Positions 25,023 through 44,533 of a stretch of 64,000 nt of DNA are shown here, in pieces; position 1 is the stretch's first letter; each line of letters starts with the position of its first letter. The DNA lies in the NCBI RefSeq assembly GCF_009914755.1, contig NC_060928.1, one strand, 5' to 3'. A program made the translations under genes and the position numbers. The stretch comes from the human T2T-CHM13v2.0 reference genome, Homo sapiens. Under the pieces are notes generated by a model. That model was not told the DNA's origin and searched no databases. It worked only from the letters and a program-made list of their open reading frames with translations.

Positions 25023-25339
25023 TCATGTTGCATGTATTTTTTTTTTCCTACTCTTCAGCCTACAAATTTTATTTTACACACCTTTATTGCTTTTTTGGTG
25101 GGATAATTGTTAAAAAAAAAAGATAAACTGTGTCTAAAGTTTCCTCTTTTGATAAGCCTAATACAAACCCATTTGGATTGTACACTGAACTTCTAGAAAG
25201 AAGGAAAGAGCAGGCTGCCGCAGATCTGCAGCCAGGTGGCACCTCTCCTGGGATCAGTGCTTTTTACTTGTTAACATATAAGCCTTTAAAAGAGTTGTCC
25301 CCAGCCTCGTGTCTGAGCATGTTGTCTGGGGCCAGCTGC

Positions 25340-25600
25340 TGAGAAGTGGTAGCGTGCTCTTCCAGCTGTGTGAGTTTACGCAAGTCACCCAACCTGTGTG
25401 GGCCAAAATGTCCCCTCTGTAAAGCAGGCACTGAACCCACACACAGCGAACTGAATTAGTGCACGTGCACGGACAGTGCTGTACAGAGAAAGCTCAATAA
25501 ATGTCACTTGCTGTTCCCTAGTGACACTCTGTGCCCCGGATTCCCCATCCATTAGGTGGGGTGATTGTGCTTCTCACAGGTGGTTATGAGGAAGGTGACT
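25340..25600. mobile_element. MIR fragments
   Basis: agctgtgtgagtttacgcaagtcacccaacct, agctcaataaatgtcac; other MIR-like pieces at ~21620-21800 and ~56210-56280. Confidence 0.55.
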
Positions 25601-25715
25601 GTGTGGTCATCTAGAGGTGGCCACCTGTGGAAGGGCTTCAGAAAAGATGCTCACTGACATCAGAGCACCCATGGGCCCTGGTGGGCAGGCCCTGGTGACC
25701 CTCTTCTCTGTGCAG

Positions 25716-25950
25716 GCTCTGCGAGAGGGACCCCTACCAGCTGTACCAGCGTCTGGAACAGCAAGCTCGAGAGTATGTGCTGGAGATGAAGGTCCGCCTG
25801 CTCCGGCAGCTGTCGGCTGCGGCCAAGGTGAAGGCACCATCTGGCCTGCAGGGCCCGCCGCAAGCGCACCAGTTCATCTCCCTCCTGCTTGAGGAGTACG
25901 GCGCCCTCTGCCAGGCCGCACGCTCCATCAGCACCTTCCTTGGCACTCTG
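25716..25950 (+). CDS. FAM193A: FAM193A coding exon, LCERDPYQLYQRLEQQAREYVLEMKVRLL...STFLGTL; contains the ATG (25786) of the shorter MKVRLL form
   Basis: ctcttctctgtgcag| acceptor, CTG|gtaaga donor; 235 nt, phase 2-0. Confidence 0.95.
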
Positions 25951-26749
25951 GTAAGAGAGAAAACGTGTTTTTCTTTCTGTTTGGATGAGCTGAAGAGAAG
26001 CATGTGGCAAGAGGAAGCTTCTCACGCATGTGTGCCGACCTCGCTGTCACACCCCCACACACTGTGATAGGCCCCTCTTCTCTACGGGAGAGGACCTGTT
26101 TCCTCTCCTCTTTGTCTTTCCTCTGGACTTTGCCACTGGATAAAAGCATTGGGTGGATTGATACGCAGGTGACACCTCATGGTAGTACTGTTTGGAGGAC
26201 CTTGAGGCCCAGGGAACGAGGCATGGGGGCAGTGTGAGGGGAGCACTGATGTGTGCCTTTATAAGGAGACAGAGAAATCTCCGGTGTCTTACTTAGGTTG
26301 TTCATTCTTTCGTTGCTGTAGACAGAGCTGGTATTAGGTGAAATGCCCATGAAGAGCATGAAGGCTGTAGAGAACAGCTTGTTTACCGCCCAGTGGCGTT
26401 CATTCATTCATGCAGGCATGCATGCACTCAGCAAGCCAGCACTGAGTTAAGGATCTGCTTGCAGTCTCAAGACAGGCCCTATCACCATCCTTGCCAATGG
26501 GGATCTGACAGTCCTAACAAAAGAGACACACAGATGGGTCCGGTTGCCTCAAAAGAGGAATCACTACATTGGGTGGAAGGAGCATGGTATAGAAATATGG
26601 TTACAAGTAGGCTGCGGTCAATCCTCAACAGCCTCAGTGCCCCCACGCTTTGGAAGGAGACCAGAGACAAGCCCTCAAAGCTTCCTTGACTGTTACTAAT
26701 AGTCTATGGAGTTTTTCATCACTTAAACTTTATTATTAAATAATACTTA

Positions 26750-26960
26750 ACTGTATTTGGGTGCTAGTTTTGGGTGCTTTCTTTCTTTTAATAAAGAAAA
26801 GGAATTTATTTCTCATGGTTAGGAAGGCTGAGAAGTCTAAGTTTGAGGGGCCACATCTGGTGAGAGCTTTCTTGCAGGTGGGGACTTGGACTCTGAACAG
26901 AGTCCAAAGGTGGTACAGGGCATCACATGGCGAGAGGGCTGAGCATCAGTTTTGGGTGCT
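26750..26960 (-). mobile_element. MaLR LTR fragment
   Basis: ggaatttatttctcatggtt...ggctgagaagtctaag...gggccacatctggtgagagc motifs. Confidence 0.6.
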
Positions 26961-27977
26961 TTCTTAGTGGTAAACCTACATTTTGAAACAAATACAGTAA
27001 GCATTGGCCTTGGTCTTTATCTGATTCTCAAGTTGATGGACCCTCTTAGAAAAATTTACATACAGCCCGGGTGTGGTGGCTCATACCTGTAATCCTCGCA
27101 CTTTGGGAAGCCAAAGTGGGAGGATCACTTGAGCCCAGGAGCTTGAGACTAGCCTAGGCAACATGGGGAGACCCCACCTATACCAAAAAAATTTAAAATT
27201 AAATTAACCAGGCGTGATGACGCATGCTACTCAAGAGGCTGTGAGGCAAGAGGATCATTTGAGCTCAGGGTTGAGGCTGTGGTGAGCCAGTGTACTCCAG
27301 CTTGGGAATAGAGTGAGATCCTATCTCAAAAAGAAAAGAAAAAATTACATACATGTAATTGTAAGTCATTTCAGGGGGTTCACAGACTTCCTCAAGCTTC
27401 ACTGCGCCAAGCCATGGGGAGGTATCTATTCTGAGAAGAGGTAGCGAGGTGAATGGGTAGGGTGAGGGGTGGGGGTGGGGCAGGGGGGCAGTTATCCTGT
27501 TTCAAGGTCTGAGTCCACTGGGTAGTGCCACCAGGCTTCCTTCTGGTACCTCGTCCTTCCTCTGGCATCTCTCGCAGCACAGCCTCCCCGTCTCTACCTG
27601 AGAGTCTGCCTGCCCTTCAGAGGTTCAAATCCAGAGCCCCTCCTCTGTCTTCTACAAGAACACTGGCTCAGGTTAAGAAGGATGCTCTCCAGCCCACCTA
27701 AACCTGGTGCCCAGAGAGACTCTGGTAGTGAAGACAGCAGCTGTTGCTGCTCTCCAGAAAATGCTGGCGAGGTCTGCACCTCCTCAGATAGTTACTGTAG
27801 GATACTGTTTTATGAAGCTGACAAAAATTAATTTGAACCATATTTATTAGAGCAAATTCCTAGCAGTTGACATAGAAATAATTTCTTGTGGCTTGAGGCC
27901 GGGTGCGGTGGCTCACGCCTGTAATTCCAGCACTTTGGGAGGCCGAGGCAGGCAGATCACCTGAGGTCAGGAGTTCA

Positions 27978-28271
<294 letters not shown>

Positions 28272-28453
28272 TCACTTCCTTTACACATAGAAATACCCAC
28301 ATTGATTTCTAGGGGTCCAGCAGACTAGATACCCTTAACTATTCCTTCCTCCAAGGGAAACAACTGAATTTACTAGATAATAAAAAAATAAGCCAGGCGT
28401 GGTGGCTTACGGCTATAATCCCAGCACTTTGGGAGGCCGAGGTGGTTGGATCA

Positions 28454-28790
<337 letters not shown>

Positions 28791-30061
28791 TCAGCATTTG
28801 CTGTGGGTATTTCTTCTGATCCTGGGAGACAAGAGACAACCTAGCCCAGGATGGGGTCTGCACATAATGCTGGGACTGTAAGTGACGACACTAGTAAGGT
28901 TGAAGTGGAAACTCCGAGCACCGAAAGGGACAGCAGGGATCTGCAGCTCTCGTGGCCTTGGGGTGGAGATGCAGGGAGTACAGCTTCCCAGAGACTTGGT
29001 AGCTGTCAGCCAGCTGCCACATGAGCTGGAGTGTGAATAAATGTTGGTGTGGTATGAACAGCCCAAGCCTGGAAGTTACTTTACAGTGGTCCAGGATTGC
29101 TGGTAAAGTCAGGCAGCATGCAGATCACCTCTGGAAACCTTCAATCTGACCTCAGAGAATTCGAATAGATAAAATCCCCCCAAATGAGCAGCTCACAGTA
29201 AAAAAAGTCATAAAACACAAGGTTCATGACAGCACAGTTAAAAGCCAGCAGAAGCAGTAGACAGAATCACATAACAAAGATATTTAAATTTTCAAAAAAG
29301 AATATAGAGTAACTTTGTTAACTGTGCTTAAAGAAGCTTTGTAAAAGTTTGAAATTGGGAGTTAAGGATTAATACTCTAAAGAATGATAATTCAGATTTG
29401 AAAAAATATCAAAACTAGAAACAAAAACTTTTTTTAGAGATGATAGCTGAGAAATTCTCAGAATTACTGAAAAATACTAGTGTTCAGCAAGGAAACGTAT
29501 CAGATTTCCCAAGTAAGATGTTGAAAAATCCTTCTCTGGTTATAGTATAATGACAGCTACAGAACATCAAAGAAAAAGTGATCTCAAACACAAAACACAG
29601 GACTTTGTTGAAAATGGTCTGTGAGATGTTATAATGTGTAATTCTGGATTCTGGGTAGAGACTACAATGAATCTATGTACTCCTTACCCAGATGCGCAGT
29701 TAATCAGCATTTTGCCACTCTGACTTCATTATGCCTTCTTTTTCTTCCACTTTCTCTTCCCTCTTTTTGATGCAGTATTTTAGTATGGGTCCCAGACAAT
29801 GTGCTTTTTGTCTTAGAATATTCCAATAAGTGTCTCTAAAAATAGTCATCCATTATCTTCTGTAGCCACAGTTCCATTGTCACATCCATGAAGACTGACG
29901 GTAATAGTAATTTCTTACCGACTAATGCCAGCCAATCTCTTTTTATGGTTGGGTTATTCCAATCAGGACCCAAAAATCTTCACAAATTCATAGCCACATT
30001 ATTACACTGCCATCCAGTGATCTATGCAGCACCAGCTTAAGATAAACTCGGTGTCTCAGGG

Positions 30062-31600
<1,539 letters not shown>

Positions 31601-31767
31601 CTGTGCAAACTCTGCCAGCTAGTTAGCTCTTCTGAACAGCACCCCCATTCTACTTGTTTTTGCTGAACTCACTGGATACTCTTGGACATAGAAAGGTATT
31701 CTCAGAAATGCAACTTTACTGGAGAATGCCCTCACGTGAGGTTTATTCCACACTGCCTGGGGGATCA

Positions 31768-32125
<358 letters not shown>

Positions 32126-34515
32126 TCAATATTTTTTTAAAAGAAATCTAAAAAATAAAATAAAATTGTCACTAGGCTTAAGTTATGCTTCTAGTCATCT
32201 AGGAAACACCTCACCAGGCTATAATAGTGAAGTCTAAATTTTCATCGACAAAGACAGAAAGATCTCAAATGTCCCGTTATTTCAGTCTATTGTAGGAACT
32301 ACATTCTAAACATCTTCTCTTCCTTCTTTCAAACCCCCAAACCTTTTTTGTAGTGGGAAGTGAGAACAGTTTGCAGAGCCTGCCCTTAGGTCACTGACAA
32401 GCCTTTCTGCCTCTAGCTCAGCAGTTCTTCCATAGGCCTCACCTCTCGTAGGAGCTGTGAGGACACATCCTGCAGAGCCCACCCCTGCATGCCGCGGTCC
32501 AGTTATTTGAGCCCCTCTATGCTGGTTCCACGCCTGTCGATGGGGCATGGGCAGGGCACTACCAGGTTCACAGGGAACTTACTGGAGGCATTGAATTCAG
32601 CGCTAAGGACAGTGCCTGGCCATGCTAGGCACTCAGGTGTTAACATGTGTTCCTTAAGTAAACTCCAAGTTGATTTCCGGTTGTGAAGTGAGTCTGATAT
32701 CTGTTTGTCTTGCATGCCTCACCTAGAGGTGTAATTTTAGGTTTTATTAAAAATGCCAAATATCTTCATAAATTAGCCTTCACCCAGTGACCATTAGCAA
32801 CTGGCCCAGAAAGCCAGACTTGTGATTCCACTCATAGACAGGCAGGTGGAAATGGCTATCCCAGAGGTTTCCAAGGGAGGCCAGGCAAAGCCTCAGCTCT
32901 TCCAGGAGGCCCCTCCCTCAGCTAGTTGCCAACCTGGTCTGATCCAGGTGCTGCATTCACTCTCATGTACTCTTTGTCTTGTAGCTGAATCGTAAGTCAG
33001 GTCACTGCCTACTCTTCTGTTCCCCGGGAACTCCTGGAGAGCAGCGGACTATTGTAGCAGGAGGTAGTCTTCGTGTCCTCGTACCTGGCACAGGGCCTGG
33101 GCAGCATGGGCTTGGCATTTCACCTGCTTATTATTACAAGCACATTTGTGGGTTCCAGCCTGGGGCTGGGTATCAGTTACCTGGCCCTGGTCTCCTGCCA
33201 CGTGCATTTTTCCTGTACCGAGTGTGCTTGCTCTGAGATAATGCTTGGTGTGAAACAGGAGTGATGATGTTTCAATCTGGGAGGCACTGGTGAAAACACG
33301 ATGAGGAAAAGTACTGGAAATGTTAACAAAACGGAAGGTTTTAGATTTTCTGCAGATGGCATAGATTCATTGCTGAATCTCTCAATTCTTGTGTTTCCAG
33401 GTATGAAAACAGAGCTGTATCCAGCAAGGCTGGCACACAGTGGTCTAGCAGTATCACTGGTGTGCTCTCTCCAAATGTGTTTATAGGTGTTTACTTTCAA
33501 TCATTATAATCATTATAATTTGTTCTCTCAGCCCCCATACCAACTAGGGTTATCAGGTGACATAACAGTGAAATCTTTGTGTCGTTCATTTGCTAAGGTC
33601 TCCATCAACTCAGCTTGGCTATATTGTAAACAGGAGCAGACCTCTAAACCCAGTCCCTGTGAGTGACCCGACTCAGGAGACGTGGAGTAGCCAAGCATGA
33701 TGAAGTGCAGCTTCCAGAGCTGGCGGTTGTTGAAGTCAGGAACATTCACCCAAAGATGTAACGTGATCTGAACACAAGTAGTGTCCGTGTAGTTGACAGA
33801 GGGAAGCATGGATTCACACACGCATGGTTGTAGCAAGACTTATTAAATGTGAACATTACATTTAGGAAAGGTAATAATGGCATCAACCTCAGTGATCTTG
33901 TGTTGGGGGCTTGCTGTACATCTCTGCTGACATCACTCTCTATGATGACTGGGACACTTCTAGGTTTTCGTGGTATTATCTAAAGTAATTGACAAGTTTG
34001 CCTACATTTATTAGGAAGACAAAAAACCTTAACTCTGATAGGGTCTTGCAAGTGGAGAAATTGTGTGTATTAATTAGAATGGAAGGTTTCTCCAAATAGG
34101 TAAGAAAATTGTTATCCTTTAGCATCGAGGGACTTGATGTATCTAAACTGTTTGAACTGTAAGGGCTTTCATTACATTTTAAAAGTATAATTGTGAGAAA
34201 TGACTCTCAAACGTGCAGTTACTGCTTTGTCTCTGTGCACACCTGTCACCCTGTCTTTGCAGCCCTTCTAAACTTGCCATTTTAGAGGGGAGATGTGCTG
34301 AAATCCATGTCCGTGTAGTCAGAGTTCTGATGCACTGTGTGCCTTGAGACATACAGGGAGCAGCACTTCTCATAAGCTGAACACTCTGGGCCTGTGAAGA
34401 GGGATGTGTGCGTGGTGGGGGGAAATGGGGAGGGGGGAGGGAATCCCTCTGGGAATTTTCTAGTCTTTAGCAATTCACTACATCTTCTGTTTATCTTTTA
34501 CTTTTTCTTAACCAG

Positions 34516-34640
34516 GAAAATGAACACTTGAAAAAGTTCCAAGTGACGTGGGAACTGCATAATAAACACCTGTTTGAAAATCTGGTCTTTTCGGAGCCAC
34601 TTCTTCAGAGCAACTTGCCCGCACTGGTGTCACAGATCAG
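34516..34640 (+). CDS. FAM193A: FAM193A coding exon, ENEHLKKFQVTWELHNKHLFENLVFSEPLLQSNLPALVSQI(R)
   Basis: Long pyrimidine tract ending accag|; CAG|gtattt donor; 125 nt, phase 0-2. Confidence 0.95.
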
Positions 34641-35526
34641 GTATTTTGCCTTAACCCGTATGTGTCTTTGTGGTGTGACAGCACAGTCTTTTCTCCTGAC
34701 TGGTGTGCGTGTACCCGAGTACCACTGAGTATGAAAGTTCTTGCAGGAAAAATAACAGGGCTTAAAGAAAAAGATAGTTTGGGCCAAAAGCTCAAAACCT
34801 GAGAAGCAATACAATTAAACTTTTAAATGATAAGTCAATATAAATGCTACTAAGATTTAACACCACAAATTCCTCATACAGAAAAGCTACAGTAAATATA
34901 GCACTTTTCCTTGACAAGACCTATCCTTGGCCGGGCAGCTGTGGTGTGGTTCATGCTATGGCTCTTGGACATGTAGGGGAAATGGAGGAGGGAAGAGGCC
35001 CAGGTCTGAGGGTGCCCAAGGCCCTCCGGATACAGCTTGGTGTTTCCCACACATTCCGTTGCTACCCGAGGCTCTGTTGCTCTGTCTCCTGGTGTAGCGC
35101 ATCCATGTGGCTTCTTCACGCTTGGGAAGCTGGCTGGGTTCTATGCTTTCACTGAGAAAAAGGGGTGCAGAGTGCAGCAGTCACTCACTGAGTATTTGCT
35201 CGGGGTCAGAGTGAGAAGATTTAGGCTGGGCATGTGTTTGCCCTGTGGTACCATGTTCAGTTAGAAGGCATGTTCCTCCTGATGTGACGTTACTCAGCAG
35301 AACGCTGTTCCCTGCACTGAGTCATGCATGAGCTACCACAGGTCTGCAGTTTGGTGATTTTGTTCTTTGGTGTTTTATTCTATTTACCACATGTGAGCAC
35401 ATTCCCATAATACAGACCCATCGTGACAGCAGCCATCTACATTTGACCACGTTAACCTATACTTAGGGGTGTGGTGGCTCACGCCTGTAATTCCAACACT
35501 TTGGGAGGCCTTAAGCAGGCGGATCA

Positions 35527-36155
<629 letters not shown>

Positions 36156-36248
36156 TAGGACTGGTACGGTGGCTCACACCTGTAATCCCAGCACTTTGGG
36201 AGGCCGAGGCGGGCAGATCACGAGGTCAGATCAAGACCATCCTGGCTA

Positions 36249-36548
<300 letters not shown>

Positions 36549-37481
36549 TTACCTCTAGAGAAAGCAATTAGGTAAAAGAGAATTGAGGACAAAAAGATCA
36601 GAAGCTACACGTGCTGGCTCATGCCTCTAGCCCCGGCTACTTGGGAGGCTGAGGCAGGAGGATTGCTTAAGCCTAGGAGCTGGAGACCAGACTGGGTAAC
36701 AGCGAGACCCCATCTCTTAAAAAAGAAAAAAAAAGGGCCAGGTGCGGTGGCTCATGCCTGTAATGCCAGCACTTTGGGAGGTCGAGGCGGGCCAGGTGCA
36801 GTGGCTCATGCCTGTAATGCCAGCACTTTGGGAGGTCGAGGCGGGCAGATCATGAGGTCAGGAGATCGAAACCATCCTGGCTAACATGGTGAAACCCCGT
36901 CTCTACTAAAAATACAAAAAAAAAAAAAAAAAATTAGCTGGGCATGGTGGCGGGCACCTGAAGTCCCAGCTACCCGGGAGGCTGAGGCAGGAGAATGGCG
37001 TGAACCTGGGAGCGGAGGTTGCAGTGAGCCGAGATCACGCCACTACACTCCAGCCTGGGGGACAGAGCGAGACTCCATCTCAAAAAAACACACAAAAAAA
37101 TCAGAACAAGGTGTTACGGGGCGTGTGGCCAGCTGGCAGGTGGGCTGCAGACCCTTCCAGTGTTCCCTGTGCCCTGGCCTGCTCCTTAGCCATTCCTTCC
37201 CTTCTGTGGCCACTGTGTATCAAGATTGGAAAGTCCTTACTCTGACCCTTGCAGAAGAAAAGGCATCGGAAGAGAATTCACAGTGGTGAATCTGGAATGT
37301 GGAGTAGGCTTTGTCCCTGGTTATGACGTTCAGATTCATCAAAAGCACTTTTCATGAGAAGATATGCATCTTGGGAGAGGGGCTCTGAAAACAAGATTCC
37401 AGGGAATCTACCTTAAAAAAAATATTTTACTGGTAAGCCAGTGAGTTCCGTCAGCCTGTCAGACTGTGGGTGGGTGACTGA

Positions 37482-37715
<234 letters not shown>

Positions 37716-39788
37716 TGAAAACTCCCATCTTTTTCTGTGCCCTAGTTCTGGATTTTCCGTTTGCTCGTTGGGTATGATGGTCAGACTCCAACCATGAGCC
37801 ACGTCTCTAGTGTGGATGCTGGATCTCAAGCTGCAGTCTCACTTCTCACTTTTGGGACCCACAGGCAGTTGAGGGAGAAGGATAAACACAGACAGGGACA
37901 GAATGAGGCCAACCAGCACGTTCCCTGAGCAGCACTGACGACGCCAGGACACGCCATGCCTTTGTGCTCTGCAGCTGACTCCCTTGTCAGCCTGAGACTA
38001 ATTCAAGATAATTCAGATTTGCATTGCTAATGTACAGATACGCATTTAACAATTCATAAAAATTTTGCTACTGATTACATACAAACACCCCTTAAAGCTT
38101 CTGCATCCTATGAAATACATATGGTACAATTCACCCACTTAAAATGTACAATTCAATGACTTTTGATATATTACATTTTTTAAAAATTATGGTAAAGTAT
38201 ATATAACATAAAGCTTACCATTTTAACTAGTGTATATTTCAATAACATTAATTATATTCATAGTGTTTATAACCATTACCACCATGTACTTTAAAATTTT
38301 TTCCTCACCCGAAACAGTAACTCTACCCATTAAACAGTAACTCTCCATTGTCCCCTTCTTTTTTCCCCATAGCCTTTGAAAGTCTGTAATGGGCAGTTTC
38401 CTTCCCTTGACTCCCCACCATTTTTTGTCTTAAAATGTATCTATGAAAGAACTAGGCCATCTGTCCTGGGGGTGCTTTGGTCTGGATCCTGCGTGGGCGT
38501 GTTCACAGAGCAGTTTGGCCACCTCCATCCTCTGTCCTGCCTGAGAATTGGTGGTAGGATCTGAAGGTTCTGGACGGCTCTGCTCAGATCCCCTGGCAGG
38601 CCAAGGCGTAGGCGGGGGGTGTTTCTATCAGGGGGTGCATCCCTCAGGCCTGCTTCTCTTTGTTGTGGGTATCAGTAGCCCAATGTGGGCTTCACTTTAA
38701 ATATGTATTAATTAGGCTAATAAAACTTACCCAAACCAATGTTATTTCATTCTCTTTATCAATAATAATGTTTCACATACACATTGGTAACATTACAGTA
38801 AGCATATTTTCATGCTGCTGTCTTGTATTTGCAAGCTCAATATTTAGATGGAAACCTGTTTGCTGAGCCATTGATTTAATTCAACCCTGTGGATAGTCCC
38901 TGTGACTCTTTTGATCCTAGCACAGCTTTGCTTGCAGGGAAGCCCTGTGCCTGCAGATTGCTTTTCAATTATACCAACAAAGATATCCACAAACCCCCTC
39001 CCCCACCCACTTTGCTCTCCCTTGGCTCAAAATAATCTGAATTCTATAACTTGGAAGAGATAAATTCTTACTTCCAGGAGGAGCGGGACAAGGAACACAT
39101 GACAGGGTATAATGCCGCATCCCAACGTTCCAGGTGGAGCAAGTAGGGGCAGGATGGAATTGGGTAGAAGCTGGATTCTGTGTGAAGAATGGAAACCAGT
39201 CACGGAAGAGCAAGGCTGGCAGAGAAGAAGTGGGAGAAAAACTACTTCACGGGCTGCAGTGTGGCAGATCCCTGGCGCCACTGGAGTCCATGTCTTAAGG
39301 AGTTTTGTCTCCTGAGGGGCAGAAACAGCCTTAGGAGAACAGCTTTGATGTTTTGAAGTAGCCTCAATCCATGTGCGTCAGTATTGTTTCTTTCCTTTGG
39401 GCTTCCCTAAATGACTGCCCAGTTACACCTAACCTCTGCTGCCTTCCCTGGAGAGACTGCAATAGGTGAGTGCACAGATGGCTTCAGTAGCTGCAAGGTT
39501 CCCAGGTGCGATTTACCTGAGGGTGGAGATAGGTCAGAGGAGAAGAGGGAGTCATTCCTGCCCATTTCACCCATGAAAAGATCCTAATTTCCACATAGCT
39601 TGTTTATTATAAAATCATTAGATTGTCATTACAAATAAAATTATGAAAATATAGAAAATCGTAAACAAAGTTAGGTTTTATAAATAATTTAGTATTTCTT
39701 ATACATTTTTTCCCTATGTCCACTATACGTATTTTTAAACATGCTGTAGTCATATCTTTAGTTACCATGAGCATATTTCCATTTCAAA

Positions 39789-39836
39789 ATATATATGTGT
39801 ATATATACATGAATGTGTGTGTGTGTGTGTGTGTGT
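39789..39836. repeat. (TA)n/(TG)n microsatellite
   Basis: Directly visible. Confidence 0.95.
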
Positions 39837-40328
39837 GAATGGGTAGACATAATTATAAAATTGGTAACAAGTATCTGGTTACCAAGTACTGATTCTCCTA
39901 GATGTGCCATGATGCATTTGGTAGCTTCTAGTGTTTTTATGTAAATAGTGCTGATCCTTAACCTTGCGCAGAATCTTTGTGCTCTTGATATATTATAAAC
40001 ATGGTATTTGATTCTAAGCCATCCTTGTCAAGATGTCTTTATTCCACTTATTTTGGCTCACACTGATAGACTTAGGTATTAGGAACATGAATTTTTTCTG
40101 GTAATAATCTACATGTGTCTCCACACCACTCCCCGTCCTCCTCCTGACCCCAGCCCCCAGCCTTCTGTCTCCCAATCGCCATCTTGCTCAGTCTTTTCAG
40201 AAATCGAGGTGTTTTTTCTCACTGTCCACCTGCATGTGTGTCTTTTGTTTCCCATTTATTTTCTCATTTTCCATCTTGCCATCTTTCTTTTTTTTTCTTT
40301 CTTTTTTTCTTTTTTTATTGAGGCATAG

Positions 40329-40520
<192 letters not shown>

Positions 40521-40861
40521 TGAACTCCCGACCTCAGGTGATCCCCTCGCCTAGGCCTCCCAAAGTGCTGGGATTACAGGCGTGAGCCACTGCACCTGAC
40601 CGCCGTCTTTCTTAATACAATATAATATAGTAGACAGAAAACTGTAACTATATTTCTTCAAGTAAATCAGATTTTGTTTTGCTTTATTTGAAAACCAGAT
40701 CTAAATTTTATGTCTCATTAAGTGTTTTGTTTTCTCTGAGCCAGTTGTATTTTCAAGAGTAAAATAACTTTGTATTCCCATATTTATTTTTTTATCATTT
40801 TTATTTTTATCTATTTTAATTTTTTCTTTGCAATTCCATATTTGGTAAACTGAATTGTTAA

Positions 40862-41686
<825 letters not shown>

Positions 41687-41752
41687 TGAGCTGCAAGCCA
41701 GGAATTCCCGACTGAGGCCCAGAGGCGCATGTGGGTAGCCCCTGTGTGTTAG

Positions 41753-42219
<467 letters not shown>

Positions 42220-43782
42220 TAGGAGGTTTTTTAAGTCCAGGAGCTGTTTACTGAGCACTCTGCTGTTGAGAGCTCATTGTCCATCTGTCCTAGTCTAGAA
42301 GGGAGTGCAGACACATGCACAGGTGGCAGGTGGCTCACCAGGTGGAAGACAGAAGAGGGAGGGCACCTGCTGGAGGTGGATCTGAAGGGAGGGCACTCAG
42401 GCAGCCCAAGCCTGTCAGACAGAGCAGGGCTTTGAGACGGCGCCCCCTCCCCCCGCTTCCCACCCCTGGCCTGCCTGCTCTCCTAAAGCAGGGTTGGGCC
42501 AGGAAGGAATTGAGAGCGGCCCTGGTTTAAAGATGACACTAGTGTGAGCAAGGGTAAAGAAGGAATGACTGAGTTTCTCTTTTGCACTTCGGAGACTCTC
42601 TGTAGGAAAATGGAACCTGGGCTCTAGCCTAAGACATGTGCTGGTTCCATGTCTGCCCTGGCATGGTGAGTGCCATGTGGATGCCACCTGTGGCTCCTTG
42701 TCAGTGTTCCTTGTCAGTGCTGTGAGGGACTGGGAAGAAGGAAGGGACTAGCATGTGCTTGCTCCCTCCGAGAATTGTGTCATTGATTTCACAGCTACAG
42801 GCCGTGTTTTCTGTTGCTGTTCTCTACTGCAGCCACAGGGACTAGAGCTACAAATGGTCTGTTGTTTGGATTTTCGCGGGTTTTCTCTTACTCCATTCTT
42901 CTGCATTCTCAGCCTCCCAAAGTACTGGGATTACATTTGTGAGCCACTGCGCCTGGCCTGCTGGCTTTTTTTGAACCTGCATCAGCTTCAGTGGAGTAAG
43001 TTCCAACTTCGTCACATGCGGAATTCTGTGCTGTTGAGCTTGTCTTAGGGCAGGTGGCCCTGAGACTCTCCCATGACTCTGCGCCTCTTCCTTGGCTGCT
43101 GTACGCACAGCACGTCAGGGTGAGGAGGGGCCTCAGAGATCACTTTGGTCCTGGGAGACTCCCTCTGTGTCCTGTGCCTCATGGTGGGGCCTGAGAGAGC
43201 AGTTGCTGTTTTGTGTTTTCTTCAAAGTGGGTGTATTCCTAATTCATGTTTTTGTCTGTTTTTGCAACCAGAGACTTTCCTGCTGTGGCTTGTCACTGAC
43301 CAGCGACTTCTTAGCCTGGACTACTGTGAGAGCAGGGTCTGGATGCCAGGTGGGGAGGGCAGAGTCTCCTGCTGCAGCAGCACCTCAGCAGCCTTCATCT
43401 CGTGAGGCCTGGAGCATCCCAGGGGCTGCAGCTGTGCCATGTGGGGGCAGCACAGCAGAGAGGGCGCTGAAAGCTGCATTCCCCTCTGCCATCTGTGGGT
43501 GCACCAGCCCATTTTCACAAGTTTGCTGTTCTGGTAGAGGGAGCAGGAGTTGGGGGAAGCTAGGACAGTGGGCATTAACCTTCTCCAGGAAGTGGGCATC
43601 TTCGGCAGAGGCTCTTCAGGGCTGTGGCCGTGCAGGAGGGCCAGTAGTGTGTCCAGGTCACCACTCCCTGGGATGTTCTTGACTTGGGTCCCAGGGAGAA
43701 CCCTGCACGGCAGTCAACACCAGAATGTCCCGGATCTGCCCCATGAGTCTTTTCCCTCCCTACCTGCAAAATGAGATAATTA

Positions 43783-43986
<204 letters not shown>

Positions 43987-44533
43987 TTAAAAAATTAGCC
44001 AGGCTGGGTGCCGTGTGTTTGTGGTTCCGGCCACTCCAGAGAGTGAGTGGGGGAGGATCACTTAAGACCAAGAGTTAGAGGCTGCAGTGATCTATGATGG
44101 TGCCACTGCACTGCAGCCTGGGTGACAGAGTGAGACCCTGTCTGAAAAAAAAAAAAAAAAAGCCAGGCTTAGTGGCTCACACCTGTATTCCTAGCACTTT
44201 GGGAGGCTGAGGCAGGTGGATTACTTGAGCCCAGAAGTTTGAGATCAGCCTGGGTGACATAGATAGACCTTGTCTCTACAAAAATACAAAAATTAGCCTG
44301 CCATGGTAGTGTGCACTTGTGGTTTCAGCTACTCGGGAGGCTGAGATGGGAGGATCACTTGAGCCTAGGAGGTTGAGGCTGTGGTGAGCTATGATCATGC
44401 CACCACACTCCATCCTGGGCAACAGTGAGACCCTATCTCAAAAAATGAAAAAAATATATAGGCATAGGGACAGTAAATAGTCCCTGTGTTGGTATTGCAC
44501 TGTGGGCTGCTGGTTACTGGGTGCCCCACAGAG

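Noticed and set aside
33500-33860. Possible ancient repeat or coding relic (102-aa minus-strand ORF)
   Set aside because: No family I can recognise and no convincing splice pair; would need a Dfam/BLASTX search.
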